From IMG/VR virus record IMGVR_UViG_3300032277_000071, positions 1 to 25,200 of that record: DNA of 25,200 bases. One strand, 5' to 3'. Both the position numbers and the translations under genes were made by a program. Shown here in pieces: positions 15,019 through 23,877 of this stretch. Within the stretch, counting starts at the first letter, position 1. Every line of letters starts with the position of its first letter. The notes beneath the pieces are model-generated. The model was not told the DNA's origin. It did not search any database and saw only the letters and a list, made by a program, of their open reading frames with translations. This stretch comes from a virus (lineage: Duplodnaviria > Caudoviricetes).

Positions 15019-17589
15019 ATGCAAATAATAGAATTATACATAAAAACTGGAGGGGTTAGTGGTACAGGCGTTGCGTTTGGCACTAATATCTTAATTGATT
15101 ATAGTGTAGATTTTACAGATTTTGATATATCAGTAAATGACTCTATATACTTCCCAGACTTAAATTTAACATCAACTGTAACAGCTATTACATCAACAAA
15201 TATAACTATATCTAGTAATATTCTAACTTCTACTGAAATAACAAATTACGAGATAGGCGGTGTATTTAATAAACTAGATTTATTTAAAGATGAAAGCGTA
15301 AGCATAACAGATAGTATTAAAAACTTAAAAGACCCTAGCAAGATATTTACTGCATTCTCTCAGCAGTTTAGTGTACCTGCTTCTAAAAATAATTCTAAAA
15401 TATTTAAGCATTACGAGAACCCTAATGTAGTTAATAGTTTTGATGCTAGATTTAAGGCTGATGCATTAATAAAATTAAACGGTGCTGATTATAAAAAGGG
15501 TAAATTAAAATTAAACGGTGTTTCTTTAAAAGATAATTCTCCAAATACTTATAAATTAGTTTTCTTTGGTGAAACAGTTGAGCTAAAAGACTTACTAAAC
15601 GATAGAGAATTAAGTTCTTTAGAGTACCCAGACTCTTTAAACTTTGACTATGACTATAATAACCTTAGGAGTAAATTTATAACAGAGCCAGAGAGTCTAG
15701 ATGTTTGTGTACCTTTAATAACTCATAGTAAAAATATGCGTTACTCAAATAGTGGTTATAGAGATGCAGTAACACAAGAATATTTAACACCTTTTGATTT
15801 AAAACCTGCTATAAAAGTCCGTAGAATAATTGAAGCTATACAAAATACTGTACCACAAATACAGTTTAGTAATGAGTTCTTAAACACAACCGACTTTAAT
15901 AATTTATGGTTATGGCTTCACAGAGTTAAGGGTTTTGCTAGTGAGTCAGACGAGGGAGGTGGTCAAACTATTATTACAAATAGGTTTGGTAAACCCACAA
16001 CAGAAGCGAATAACTTTCAATTAACTAGTGGCAACGAGGTTAGACAGGCTTATGTTTTTTTAGAGGTTTATAGTTATTATTATAGAGTACAAAAAAACGT
16101 TAATATGCAGTTTAATATTGTACCTGCAAGTGCTTCTGATGAATTCACCTTAGTCGTTCGTAGAGCATCTGATAATAAGGAATTAGTAAGAACTGATTAT
16201 ACAGGCTCAACAAGTTACACTATAAATGAATTATTTTCTGTATATAATTATGGGACAGGTTTATTTGATGTTTATGTAGATTTAATATCTAATGACACTT
16301 TTAGTATAACATCATTTACAGCCACAGTAACAGGCACAAGAAGAACAGGTAGTACTACTACTGATTTTACAGGAACTTACACAGCACCAAATTTAAGTTT
16401 ATCAAATAAATTTATAGTAGGTAATCAAATGCCTAAAATGAAAGTTATAGACTTCTTAACAAATATATTTAAGATGTTTAACTTAGTAGCTTTTAAAGAT
16501 GGTAACAAAATGAAAGTTTTACCGTTAAGCGACTTTTATAACAGTGGCGTTACTTATGAAATAACCAAGTATGTTGATATTGAAAAATCTACAATAGAAA
16601 AACTACAACAGTTTAAAAATGTAACATTTGATTTTAAAAGTAAAAAAAGTTTTTTAGTAGAAAAAGCAGAAGAAATAAACGGTGTTAAATTTGCACACGA
16701 ACAAGTAGGTAATAACGACTGGGACGGTGGGAACTATAATATAAGTTTAGACTTTGAAAAAATGATGTACGAAAGGTTGAGCAACGAGGACACTTTTTCT
16801 TTAAGTAATATAGGACAGGGTGCTATGTTAGATAAAGACTTTAAGCCTACTATTGGTAAGCCTTTATTATTGTATATAGAAAGGCAAGACAACCCTAACC
16901 AACTTCAAATAAGAAACGCAGCGGGGACAGGGTTAGAAACTATAAACTATTATAATAGACCAAGCCAAGTATATGTAAATACAAGCGGTAACGTTACCAG
17001 TTCTAGTTCTACATTAAATTTCGGTACAGAAATAGATGAGTATTTTAGAGAGGTAAAAGGAACTGATTTATTTAGTAAATATTATATAGATTATATTACA
17101 GATGTATATAATAGACAGGGTAGAGTTTTAAAAATAGACGCTTATTTACCATTATCAATAATATTAAAACTAAAGTTAAACGACACTTTTACAATAGCTA
17201 ATACTTTATATAGAATAAACACTATTAAAACAAATCTATTAACTAATAAAAGTACTTTAGAATTATACACATTATCTGAAAGCGTTTCACAAATAGAAAA
17301 CGGACAGTTTGGCTTTTTACCAAGAGTAGAAAATTTTGTATCAACAGGAACTACATCTAGCTCAATAAGTTTAGAGTGGGACTCTTTACAATCAGAAGCT
17401 AATTTTATAGGGTATGATGTTTTAGTAGATGGTGAACTTAATGTAAATTATGGGACAGCGGTCACAACTGGAGGAGTAACAGGCTTAGATTCTGGAATAA
17501 CTTATAAAATAAGTATAGAGCCTCAATATAGTATTGATGGTGAAGATGCATCAGGAATACCTACAGATTTATTTGAAACAACAGACTAA
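15019..17589 (+). CDS. Large tail-tip/baseplate hub protein with C-terminal fibronectin type III-like domain
   Basis: 856 aa. FSQQFSVPAS..N..IF hub-like motif; C-terminal TSSSISLEWD..GYDV..VTGLDSGITYKISI FN3 pattern. Confidence 0.65.
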   Translation: MQIIELYIKTGGVSGTGVAFGTNILIDYSVDFTDFDISVNDSIYFPDLNLTSTVTAITSTNITISSNILTSTEITNYEIGGVFNKLDLFKDESVSITDSIKNLKDPSKIFTAFSQQFSVPASKNNSKIFKHYENPNVVNSFDARFKADALIKLNGADYKKGKLKLNGVSLKDNSPNTYKLVFFGETVELKDLLNDRELSSLEYPDSLNFDYDYNNLRSKFITEPESLDVCVPLITHSKNMRYSNSGYRDAVTQEYLTPFDLKPAIKVRRIIEAIQNTVPQIQFSNEFLNTTDFNNLWLWLHRVKGFASESDEGGGQTIITNRFGKPTTEANNFQLTSGNEVRQAYVFLEVYSYYYRVQKNVNMQFNIVPASASDEFTLVVRRASDNKELVRTDYTGSTSYTINELFSVYNYGTGLFDVYVDLISNDTFSITSFTATVTGTRRTGSTTTDFTGTYTAPNLSLSNKFIVGNQMPKMKVIDFLTNIFKMFNLVAFKDGNKMKVLPLSDFYNSGVTYEITKYVDIEKSTIEKLQQFKNVTFDFKSKKSFLVEKAEEINGVKFAHEQVGNNDWDGGNYNISLDFEKMMYERLSNEDTFSLSNIGQGAMLDKDFKPTIGKPLLLYIERQDNPNQLQIRNAAGTGLETINYYNRPSQVYVNTSGNVTSSSSTLNFGTEIDEYFREVKGTDLFSKYYIDYITDVYNRQGRVLKIDAYLPLSIILKLKLNDTFTIANTLYRINTIKTNLLTNKSTLELYTLSESVSQIENGQFGFLPRVENFVSTGTTSSSISLEWDSLQSEANFIGYDVLVDGELNVNYGTAVTTGGVTGLDSGITYKISIEPQYSIDGEDASGIPTDLFETTD

Positions 17590-17597
17590 AAAAAGAT

Positions 17598-17738
17598 ATG
17601 ATAAAATTAATATTAGAGAGTTTGAAATACGCAAACGGTGAAACTGAAAATTTACGAATAGCACAAGGTAAATATAAACTACCCACAACTTTAAAAGAGG
17701 GTTATAAAACGTTAAAACAAGAGATAAAATGGCAATAG
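17598..17738 (+). CDS. Small protein, 46 aa (MIKLILESLKYANGETENLRIAQGKYKLPTTLKEGYKTLKQEIKWQ), absent from ORF track
   Basis: Fills the gap and overlaps the tape measure start. Confidence 0.65.
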   Translation: MIKLILESLKYANGETENLRIAQGKYKLPTTLKEGYKTLKQEIKWQ

Positions 17739-19573
17739 AAAAAACAATTAATTTAAACGTTAATAGTAAAGACGCTGTTAAAGGGTTAAATAATTTAGAA
17801 AAAAGTATTGATGGTGTAAATAAAGAAGTCCAAGATACTAGTAAATCGACTCAAGCAATGAGTGGGACTCTTGATAAGGCTACTGGCGGTGCTGTTTCTA
17901 AATTTGCAGCGTTTAAGGGCGCTATAACTAGCGTTACAACTGGGTTTAAATCTTTAAAGGTTGCTATTATAGGTACTGGTATTGGTGCATTATTGATAGC
18001 TATTACATCTTTAGGTCAAGCGTTTACAAGAAGTGAAGAGGGTCAAAATAAATTTGCTAAAATACTAGGCGTTATAGGTAGCGTTACTGGAAACCTTTTA
18101 GACTTATTAGCTGATTTAGGGGAGAACATTATAAGCGTTTTTGAAAACCCTAAGCAGTCAATAACGGACTTTGCTAATTTAATTAAAGATAATATTGTAA
18201 CAAGGTTTGAGGGTTTATTAAACTTAATACCAAACTTAGGTAAAGCAGTTGAGCAACTATTTAAAGGTAATTTTAAAGAAGCAGGTAAGATAGCTGCTGA
18301 TAGTGTTGGTAAGGTTGTTTTAGGTGTTGATAGTGTTACAGATAGTGTTAATACTGCTGTTGAGTCGGTTAAAGAGTTTGGCAAAGAAATAAAAGCAGAT
18401 GGAGAAGCAGCAGCAAAAATTGCCGACCAAAGAGCAAACGCAGAAAAAAAAGCAAGAGATTTAATAGTAGAACGAGCAGAAGCAGAAAGAAAGATAGCTG
18501 AGCTAAGGGAAAAAGCGGTTAATAAAGACAAATTTACTGCACAAGAAAGAATTAAGTTTTTAGAAGAAGCTGGGCGTGTAAGTGATGAACTAGCAACTAA
18601 AGAGGTTGAAGTAGCTAAACTAAGATTAGAAGCAAAGCAAACTGAAAACGCATTAACTAAAAGCAATAAAGATGATTTAAACGAAGCAGCACAATTAGAG
18701 GCTAGTGTTATACAGTTAGAAACGCAAAGGCTTAATTTACAAAAGAGATTAAGTACTGAATTATTGACGTCTAGACGTGAGGAAGCCGCAGCAAATAAGG
18801 CACTTGTTGATGAAGAAAATAAAAGAAACGAAGCAGCAGCAGCAAAAGAAGAAAAACGTTTAACTGATATTGAAAAAATACAGGAAGATTTTAAGCAAAA
18901 ACAAAAAGAAAAAGAAGCTGAAACTGAACTCGAAAAATTAACACTAGAAGAAGAGAAAAAGATATCAGAACTAGAAAAACTAAATGCAAGTGAGGAACAG
19001 AAACTAGAAGTGATTAAATACTATGCAGGTTTAAGGACTGATGTAGAACAAAAAGAAAATGACAAAAAAGCAGAACTAGATAAACTTAGGCAAAAACAAA
19101 CACTAGGTGACGCTGCTAATACGTTTTCTCAAATATCTCAATTAGCAGGTAAAGATAGTAAAATAGGTAAAGCGTTAGCTATTGCAAGTGCAACTATAAG
19201 CGGTGTTGAGGGTGTACAAAACGCTTATTCGACAGCTCAAAAATCTCCCATTACGACATTCTTCCCTGCATATCCAGTAGTACAGGCTGCTTTAGCAGGT
19301 GCAGTAGCAGCTAAAAATATTGCTACAATTAAAAGCGTAAACACTAGCGGTGGCGGTGGCGGTGCTTCTACAGTTCCAGCTGCTCCTACTGGTGGCGGTG
19401 GTGGTGCTCCAACCCCTCCAAGTTTTAATGTAGTAGGTGCAACTGAAACAAGTGTTTTATCTGATGCGGTTGCAAGTCAAACAAACGAGCCAGTAAAGGC
19501 TTATGTAGTTTCAAATGATGTAACAACAGCACAAAGTTTAGATAATAACATTATTGAGGGTGCAACTATATAA
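17729..19573 (+). CDS. Tail tape measure protein
   Basis: 614 aa, Ala/Lys/Glu-rich helical coiled coil with hydrophobic Gly/Ala segments (IIGTGIGALLIAI). Confidence 0.75.
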   Translation: MAIEKTINLNVNSKDAVKGLNNLEKSIDGVNKEVQDTSKSTQAMSGTLDKATGGAVSKFAAFKGAITSVTTGFKSLKVAIIGTGIGALLIAITSLGQAFTRSEEGQNKFAKILGVIGSVTGNLLDLLADLGENIISVFENPKQSITDFANLIKDNIVTRFEGLLNLIPNLGKAVEQLFKGNFKEAGKIAADSVGKVVLGVDSVTDSVNTAVESVKEFGKEIKADGEAAAKIADQRANAEKKARDLIVERAEAERKIAELREKAVNKDKFTAQERIKFLEEAGRVSDELATKEVEVAKLRLEAKQTENALTKSNKDDLNEAAQLEASVIQLETQRLNLQKRLSTELLTSRREEAAANKALVDEENKRNEAAAAKEEKRLTDIEKIQEDFKQKQKEKEAETELEKLTLEEEKKISELEKLNASEEQKLEVIKYYAGLRTDVEQKENDKKAELDKLRQKQTLGDAANTFSQISQLAGKDSKIGKALAIASATISGVEGVQNAYSTAQKSPITTFFPAYPVVQAALAGAVAAKNIATIKSVNTSGGGGGASTVPAAPTGGGGGAPTPPSFNVVGATETSVLSDAVASQTNEPVKAYVVSNDVTTAQSLDNNIIEGATI

Positions 19574-19577
19574 AAAA

Positions 19578-19604
19578 CAAAAATAAATAAATTTAATTAT
19601 ATAT
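19578..19604 (+). promoter_or_regulatory. Putative late promoter (copy 3)
   Basis: CAAA 19578, TTATATAT 19597-19604, ATG 4 nt later. Confidence 0.65.
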
Positions 19605-19608
19605 TATT

Positions 19609-20553
19609 ATGAGAATAGTCGAACTAATATTAGACGAGGAAAGCGAACTAGGGATAGAAGCTATTAGCGTAGTAGAAAGTCCTGCTATTGAAGAAGATTT
19701 TATTGCTTTAAAAAGCCAAGAGTTTAAACTAGCAGAAGTAGATAAAGAGCGTAGAATATTAATGGGTGCTTTATTAATACCAAACAAGCCTATTTACAGA
19801 CGTAATGGAGAAGATGAGTACTACATATATTTTTCAAAAGATACTGTCTTAAAAGCGTCTCAAATGTATTTAATGAACAGTAAACAAAACAACTCAACAC
19901 TAGAGCATAAATACGAGGTTGAGGGTTTAAGTTTAGTGGAAAGCTGGATAGTGGAGGATAAAGTACACGATAAAAGCGTAAAGTTTGGAATGGACTTACC
20001 TTTAGGTTCTTGGGTGGGTAGTGTTAAAGTAAACAATGATACTATCTGGAATGAGTTTGTAAAGACAGGAAAGGTAAAAGGTTTTAGTATCGAGGGTTAT
20101 TTTGCTGATAAAATGGAACGACCAAAAGACCAAACCATAAAAGATGAACTAGCAGCTATTGAAGAAGAAGAAGCAGAGTACTTACTAGCAGAAATAAAAG
20201 CTATTATTAAAAATGATAAGCGTGTAAAGGGTGGTAAAAAAATGGTTTTAGAAAGCTACTCAGACTATCCTAGTTCAGTAAGTAATAACGCTAAAAGAGG
20301 TTTAAAACTTAATGAGGCTGTTAATAATAAATGTGCTACACAAGTAGGTAAAGTAAGAGCACAACAATTAGCACAAGGTAAGCCAATAAGCAAAGAAACC
20401 ATAAAGAGAATGTACTCTTATTTATCAAGAGCAGAAGCGTATTACAAGCCAGAAGATAAAGAAGCCTGTGGTACTATCTCGTTTTTATTATGGGGTGGCA
20501 AATCAGCTAAAACGTGGGCAGAGGCTAAACTTAAACAGTTAGAAAATGATTAA
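19609..20553 (+). CDS. XkdF-like prohead serine protease with additional C-terminal domain
   Basis: AISVVESPAIE, LEH, ESWIV, GSW, VKTGKVKGFSIEG. Confidence 0.8.
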   Translation: MRIVELILDEESELGIEAISVVESPAIEEDFIALKSQEFKLAEVDKERRILMGALLIPNKPIYRRNGEDEYYIYFSKDTVLKASQMYLMNSKQNNSTLEHKYEVEGLSLVESWIVEDKVHDKSVKFGMDLPLGSWVGSVKVNNDTIWNEFVKTGKVKGFSIEGYFADKMERPKDQTIKDELAAIEEEEAEYLLAEIKAIIKNDKRVKGGKKMVLESYSDYPSSVSNNAKRGLKLNEAVNNKCATQVGKVRAQQLAQGKPISKETIKRMYSYLSRAEAYYKPEDKEACGTISFLLWGGKSAKTWAEAKLKQLEND

Positions 20554-20764
20554 GTGGTCTAAGTATTTTACGCCAAGTAAAACAAGTCCTAGAAACGGTC
20601 GTAGAGGTTGTTTATGTAGGGATAGAGATGCTTATTCTATTGAGTGCTGTAATGGTGATATTATAGCGCAGGGTATTGGTTCAACTTCTAAAAACGAAAA
20701 CTTTATACTTTTAGAAAACGGAGATTTTTTACTACAAGAAAATAATTTTAAAATAGAGAGATAA
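20546..20764 (+). CDS. Small Cys-rich protein in head module
   Basis: SPRNGRRGCLC…YSIECCNG..AQGIG, then FILLENGDFLLQEN. Confidence 0.65.
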   Translation: MIKWSKYFTPSKTSPRNGRRGCLCRDRDAYSIECCNGDIIAQGIGSTSKNENFILLENGDFLLQENNFKIER

Positions 20765-21213
20765 TGGCAAACTCAAAAATAAGTGCATTACCAACAGCAA
20801 CAGATTTACAAGGCAGTGAGTTAATTGCAACTGTTCAAAACGGAGATACTAAACAAGCAACCGTATCTAAATTTAAAAATTACTTTGTATCTACTGATAT
20901 AACAGCAGAGGCTGGGGTTGATGTAGATTTAAACCAGTCTATATATGACGATACTTTTATGTTTAAGCTATCGTGGACTGGTGGCAACGGTACGGCAGTT
21001 TACACATTACCAGATGCAGTAGCACACGCAAACAGAAAAATAAGGTTTATATCTGACAGTACTTTTAGTTCATCTGACCATTTCGATATTACACCAGCAG
21101 CTAATCAAAACTTAGACGGTAGTTCAAACCCATACAGAATAAACAAAGATTACGAGGGTATTGCTATCTGGAGTGACGGTATAGAATGGTTCGTAATTCA
21201 GAAAAAAGCATAA
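20764..21213 (+). CDS. Putative virion fibre/decoration protein
   Basis: KISALPTAT…VQNGDTKQ anchor-like N-terminus; TLPDA…WSDGIEWFV beta-domain. Confidence 0.5.
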   Translation: MANSKISALPTATDLQGSELIATVQNGDTKQATVSKFKNYFVSTDITAEAGVDVDLNQSIYDDTFMFKLSWTGGNGTAVYTLPDAVAHANRKIRFISDSTFSSSDHFDITPAANQNLDGSSNPYRINKDYEGIAIWSDGIEWFVIQKKA

Positions 21214-21221
21214 CGAAAATA

Positions 21222-21248
21222 CAAATTAAATTAATCTAAATTATATAT
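21222..21248 (+). promoter_or_regulatory. Putative late promoter (copy 4)
   Basis: CAAA 21222, TTATATAT 21241-21248, ATG 4 nt later. Confidence 0.65.
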
Positions 21249-21252
21249 AAGT

Positions 21253-21870
21253 ATGAAATCAAACAACGTGATTGAAAAAATCAAAGACGTTCTAAACCTT
21301 AACGAAGAGGTTAAGCTAGAACAAGCTAAACTAGATAACGGTACAGTAATTGAAGCTGATGCGTTTGAAAGTGGTGTAGAGGTGTTTATCGTTACAGAAG
21401 ATGAGAAAGTAGCTTTACCTGTTGGAGAGTACGCTCTTGAAGATGGTAAAATACTAGTAGTAGCAGAAGAGGGTGTAATTTCTGAAATCAAAGAAGCTGA
21501 AGCTGAAGAAGAAGCTGAAGAGGTTGAGGAGGTTGAGGCAGCTGAAGAAGAAGAAAAAGAGTCTTTAGGCTATGCTACTAAAGAAGAACTAGCAGAGGTT
21601 AAAGGTATGATTGAAGAAATCAAAGCAATGCTAGAACCAAAAGAAGATTTAAGCGAGGACTTAGGCAACCTTTTAACAGAGGAACTAGCTAAACACGAAA
21701 AAGTAGAGCTAAACGAAGTACCAGAAGAAGTACAAGCTGAACTAAACGAGCCAAGCGCAGAGCCTATCGTATCAAACCCAGAGGGTAACAAAGCTATATC
21801 AAAATTTAGTGTTTCTAAAAACAGAAAAAGCACTACTATTGATAGGGTAATGGCAAGACTAAACAATTAA
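21253..21870 (+). CDS. Capsid scaffolding protein (putative)
   Basis: Very acidic, LPVGEYALEDG motif, basic C-terminus; directly precedes the capsid gene. Confidence 0.65.
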   Translation: MKSNNVIEKIKDVLNLNEEVKLEQAKLDNGTVIEADAFESGVEVFIVTEDEKVALPVGEYALEDGKILVVAEEGVISEIKEAEAEEEAEEVEEVEAAEEEEKESLGYATKEELAEVKGMIEEIKAMLEPKEDLSEDLGNLLTEELAKHEKVELNEVPEEVQAELNEPSAEPIVSNPEGNKAISKFSVSKNRKSTTIDRVMARLNN

Positions 21871-21892
21871 TAACAACTAAAAACTAAATAAA

Positions 21893-22828
21893 ATGAGTGT
21901 ATCATTAACAACAACTTATGCAGGTGAATTTAGTGGCAAATACATTGCTGCTGCTTTACTATCTGCTGACACTTTGGACAAGGGTTTAATTACCGTAATG
22001 CCAAACGTAAAATTTAAATCTGTAATTCAAAAGGCTGCTACTGATGACATCGTAAAAGATGCATCTTGTGACTTCCAAACTGGACAAGGAACGCTAACTT
22101 TAACAGAGGCTATCCTACAACCAGAGGAATTTCAGGTAAACTTAGATATCTGTAAGAAAGATTTACACGATTCTTGGGAAGCTGAGCAAATGGGATACAG
22201 TGCTTTTGATAGCCTAGCTCCAAACTTTGCTGATTTTGTAATCGGACACGTTGCCTCTAAAGTAGCTGATAGAACAGAAAAAAACATCTGGAGTGGTTCT
22301 ACTGCAACAAGTGGACAGTTTGACGGCTTTGCAACTTTATTAGAAGCTGATGGAGATTTACCAGCAGGACAAGATTTAACAGGTGCTGCTATTACTTCTG
22401 CAAATGTAGTAGCTGAACTAGGTGCTGTTGTAGATGCAATTCCTACTGCTGTTTACGGCTCAGAAGATTTAATCATATATGCTGCTTCTGATGTAATTCG
22501 TGCTTATACACGTTCTTTAGGTGGCTTCCAGTCAGGAGGAGTAGGAGCTAACGGTTACGAAAACAAAGGTAATAACCAGTCTTTAGGTTCTTTATTCTTT
22601 GATGGTATTCCAGTAGTAGCTACAAGAGGTGCTGCTGCAGGAACTATTATCGCTGCTGAAAAATCTAACTTATTCTTTGGTACAGGTCTTTTAAATGACT
22701 TAAACGAAGTACGAGTAATTGATATGGCAGAGAATGATGGTTCACAGAATGTACGTGTAGTAATGAGATTTACTGCTGGTGTTCAGTATGCACAGGTAAC
22801 AGATATCGTTTACAGAAAAACTGTATAA
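21893..22828 (+). CDS. Major capsid protein
   Basis: 311 aa following protease and scaffold; biased codon usage; followed by a strong terminator. Confidence 0.8.
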   Translation: MSVSLTTTYAGEFSGKYIAAALLSADTLDKGLITVMPNVKFKSVIQKAATDDIVKDASCDFQTGQGTLTLTEAILQPEEFQVNLDICKKDLHDSWEAEQMGYSAFDSLAPNFADFVIGHVASKVADRTEKNIWSGSTATSGQFDGFATLLEADGDLPAGQDLTGAAITSANVVAELGAVVDAIPTAVYGSEDLIIYAASDVIRAYTRSLGGFQSGGVGANGYENKGNNQSLGSLFFDGIPVVATRGAAAGTIIAAEKSNLFFGTGLLNDLNEVRVIDMAENDGSQNVRVVMRFTAGVQYAQVTDIVYRKTV

Positions 22829-22847
22829 TAATTAACTAATCAAATTT

Positions 22848-22879
22848 AAAAGGGTGGGTAAAATTGCCTACCCTTTTTT
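22848..22879 (+). terminator. Rho-independent terminator
   Basis: AAAAGGGTGGGTA-AAAT-TGCCTACCCTTTTTT. Confidence 0.85.
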
Positions 22880-22899
22880 ATTTAAAAAACTTTAAAAAT

Positions 22900-23427
22900 A
22901 TGGGATGCTCAATAACAAGCGGACGTAAAGTACCTTGTAAATCGGCAGTAGGTGGTATTAAAACTATTTACTTTGCAGATTATGGAACTTTAGGAGATGC
23001 AACAATCGTAGCAGGTGAAATTACAGGGGTTTCTGGAACTCCAGACTGGTTTCAGTTTGACGTAAAAGGTAACAGTTCAATGGAAACTGCTATTACTTCA
23101 AGCAGAGAAAACGGAACTACTTTTTACGATACTACATTAAATATGACTTTGACCTTTCAAGACAAAGCTACACAAGAAGAACTTAAATTAATCGCTCACG
23201 CAAGACCTCACATTGTGGTTGAGGATTACAATTCAAACTTCTTTTTAGTAGGACTTGAAAATGGCGGCGATGTAAACGGTGGAACTATCGTTACAGGTGC
23301 TGCAATGGGAGATTTAACTGGTTACACATTAACGGTAAATGCACAAGAAACTGCACCGCCTTACTTTGTAACACCTGCAGTTATTACTGCTGATGCTTCA
23401 GCGGTTCAAATTGACCCAACGGCATAA
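22900..23427 (+). CDS. Putative major tail tube protein
   Basis: MGCSITSGRKVPCKSAVGGIK…ENGTTFY…TGAAMGDLTGYTLT; Thr/Gly-rich beta protein. Start moved to ATG 22900, downstream of the terminator. Confidence 0.65.
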   Translation: MGCSITSGRKVPCKSAVGGIKTIYFADYGTLGDATIVAGEITGVSGTPDWFQFDVKGNSSMETAITSSRENGTTFYDTTLNMTLTFQDKATQEELKLIAHARPHIVVEDYNSNFFLVGLENGGDVNGGTIVTGAAMGDLTGYTLTVNAQETAPPYFVTPAVITADASAVQIDPTA

Positions 23428-23449
23428 ATAATACTTTTACTTGTAAAAT

Positions 23450-23479
23450 GGGGTTATCTTAACGGATAGCCCTTTTTTT
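23450..23479 (+). terminator. Rho-independent terminator
   Basis: GGGTTATC-TTAACG-GATAGCCC followed by T7. Confidence 0.85.
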
Positions 23480-23493
23480 ATACCTACACAATA

Positions 23494-23520
23494 CAAAATA
23501 TTTGTTTTTTATTTATATAT
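23494..23520 (+). promoter_or_regulatory. Putative late promoter (copy 5)
   Basis: CAAA 23494, TTATATAT 23513-23520, ATG 4 nt later; directly after a terminator. Confidence 0.7.
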
Positions 23521-23524
23521 TAAT

Positions 23525-23875
23525 ATGAAGTTGATAACCACAAGCGGTAATAAAACCTTTAAGATAATTCCTAGAGAATTTACTGTAGGTACATTGAGCC
23601 TAAAATTAACAAGTGAAAGCACAAATAAAACTATTACAGTTAATGCTACTTCTGTTATTGATGGTAATTACATTTCTTTTGATGCTGTTTTTGGTGCTTT
23701 AACTGAAAGTGACTTTTATATATTAGAGGTTAGTTATTCAAATAACATAATTTATAAGGATAAGATTTTTTGCACAGACCAAGCAATTAATCAAAGTAAT
23801 GATGAATATTACAGCGTAAATAAAGACAAGTATATAAGTGAAGAAAGTTCGGATAACGAATTTATAATAATATAA
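23525..23875 (+). CDS. Hypothetical virion protein (possible head closure/adaptor)
   Basis: 116 aa beta-rich ORF directly upstream of the portal gene. Confidence 0.5.
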   Translation: MKLITTSGNKTFKIIPREFTVGTLSLKLTSESTNKTITVNATSVIDGNYISFDAVFGALTESDFYILEVSYSNNIIYKDKIFCTDQAINQSNDEYYSVNKDKYISEESSDNEFIII

Positions 23876-23877
23876 AT

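Noticed and set aside
18043-18666. 207-aa minus-strand ORF, and the other minus-strand ORFs (4340, 5747, 6203, 9605, 9959, 11154, 12915, 14369, 19593, 21231, 21570)
   Set aside because: They lie opposite convincing + strand genes and have the Ser/Leu/Phe-rich composition expected of antisense shadows of Glu/Lys-rich coding sequence; no motifs.
19349-19408. GGTGGCGGTGG repeats in the tape measure gene, and GAAGCT/GAAGAA repeats in the scaffold gene (~21490-21560)
   Set aside because: Explained by poly-Gly linkers and Glu/Ala low-complexity protein sequence.
22864-22899. ORF-track starts at 22864, 5041 and 5765
   Set aside because: These TTG starts fall inside a terminator, an upstream gene and a promoter respectively; ATGs at 22900, 5065 and 5792 fit better.
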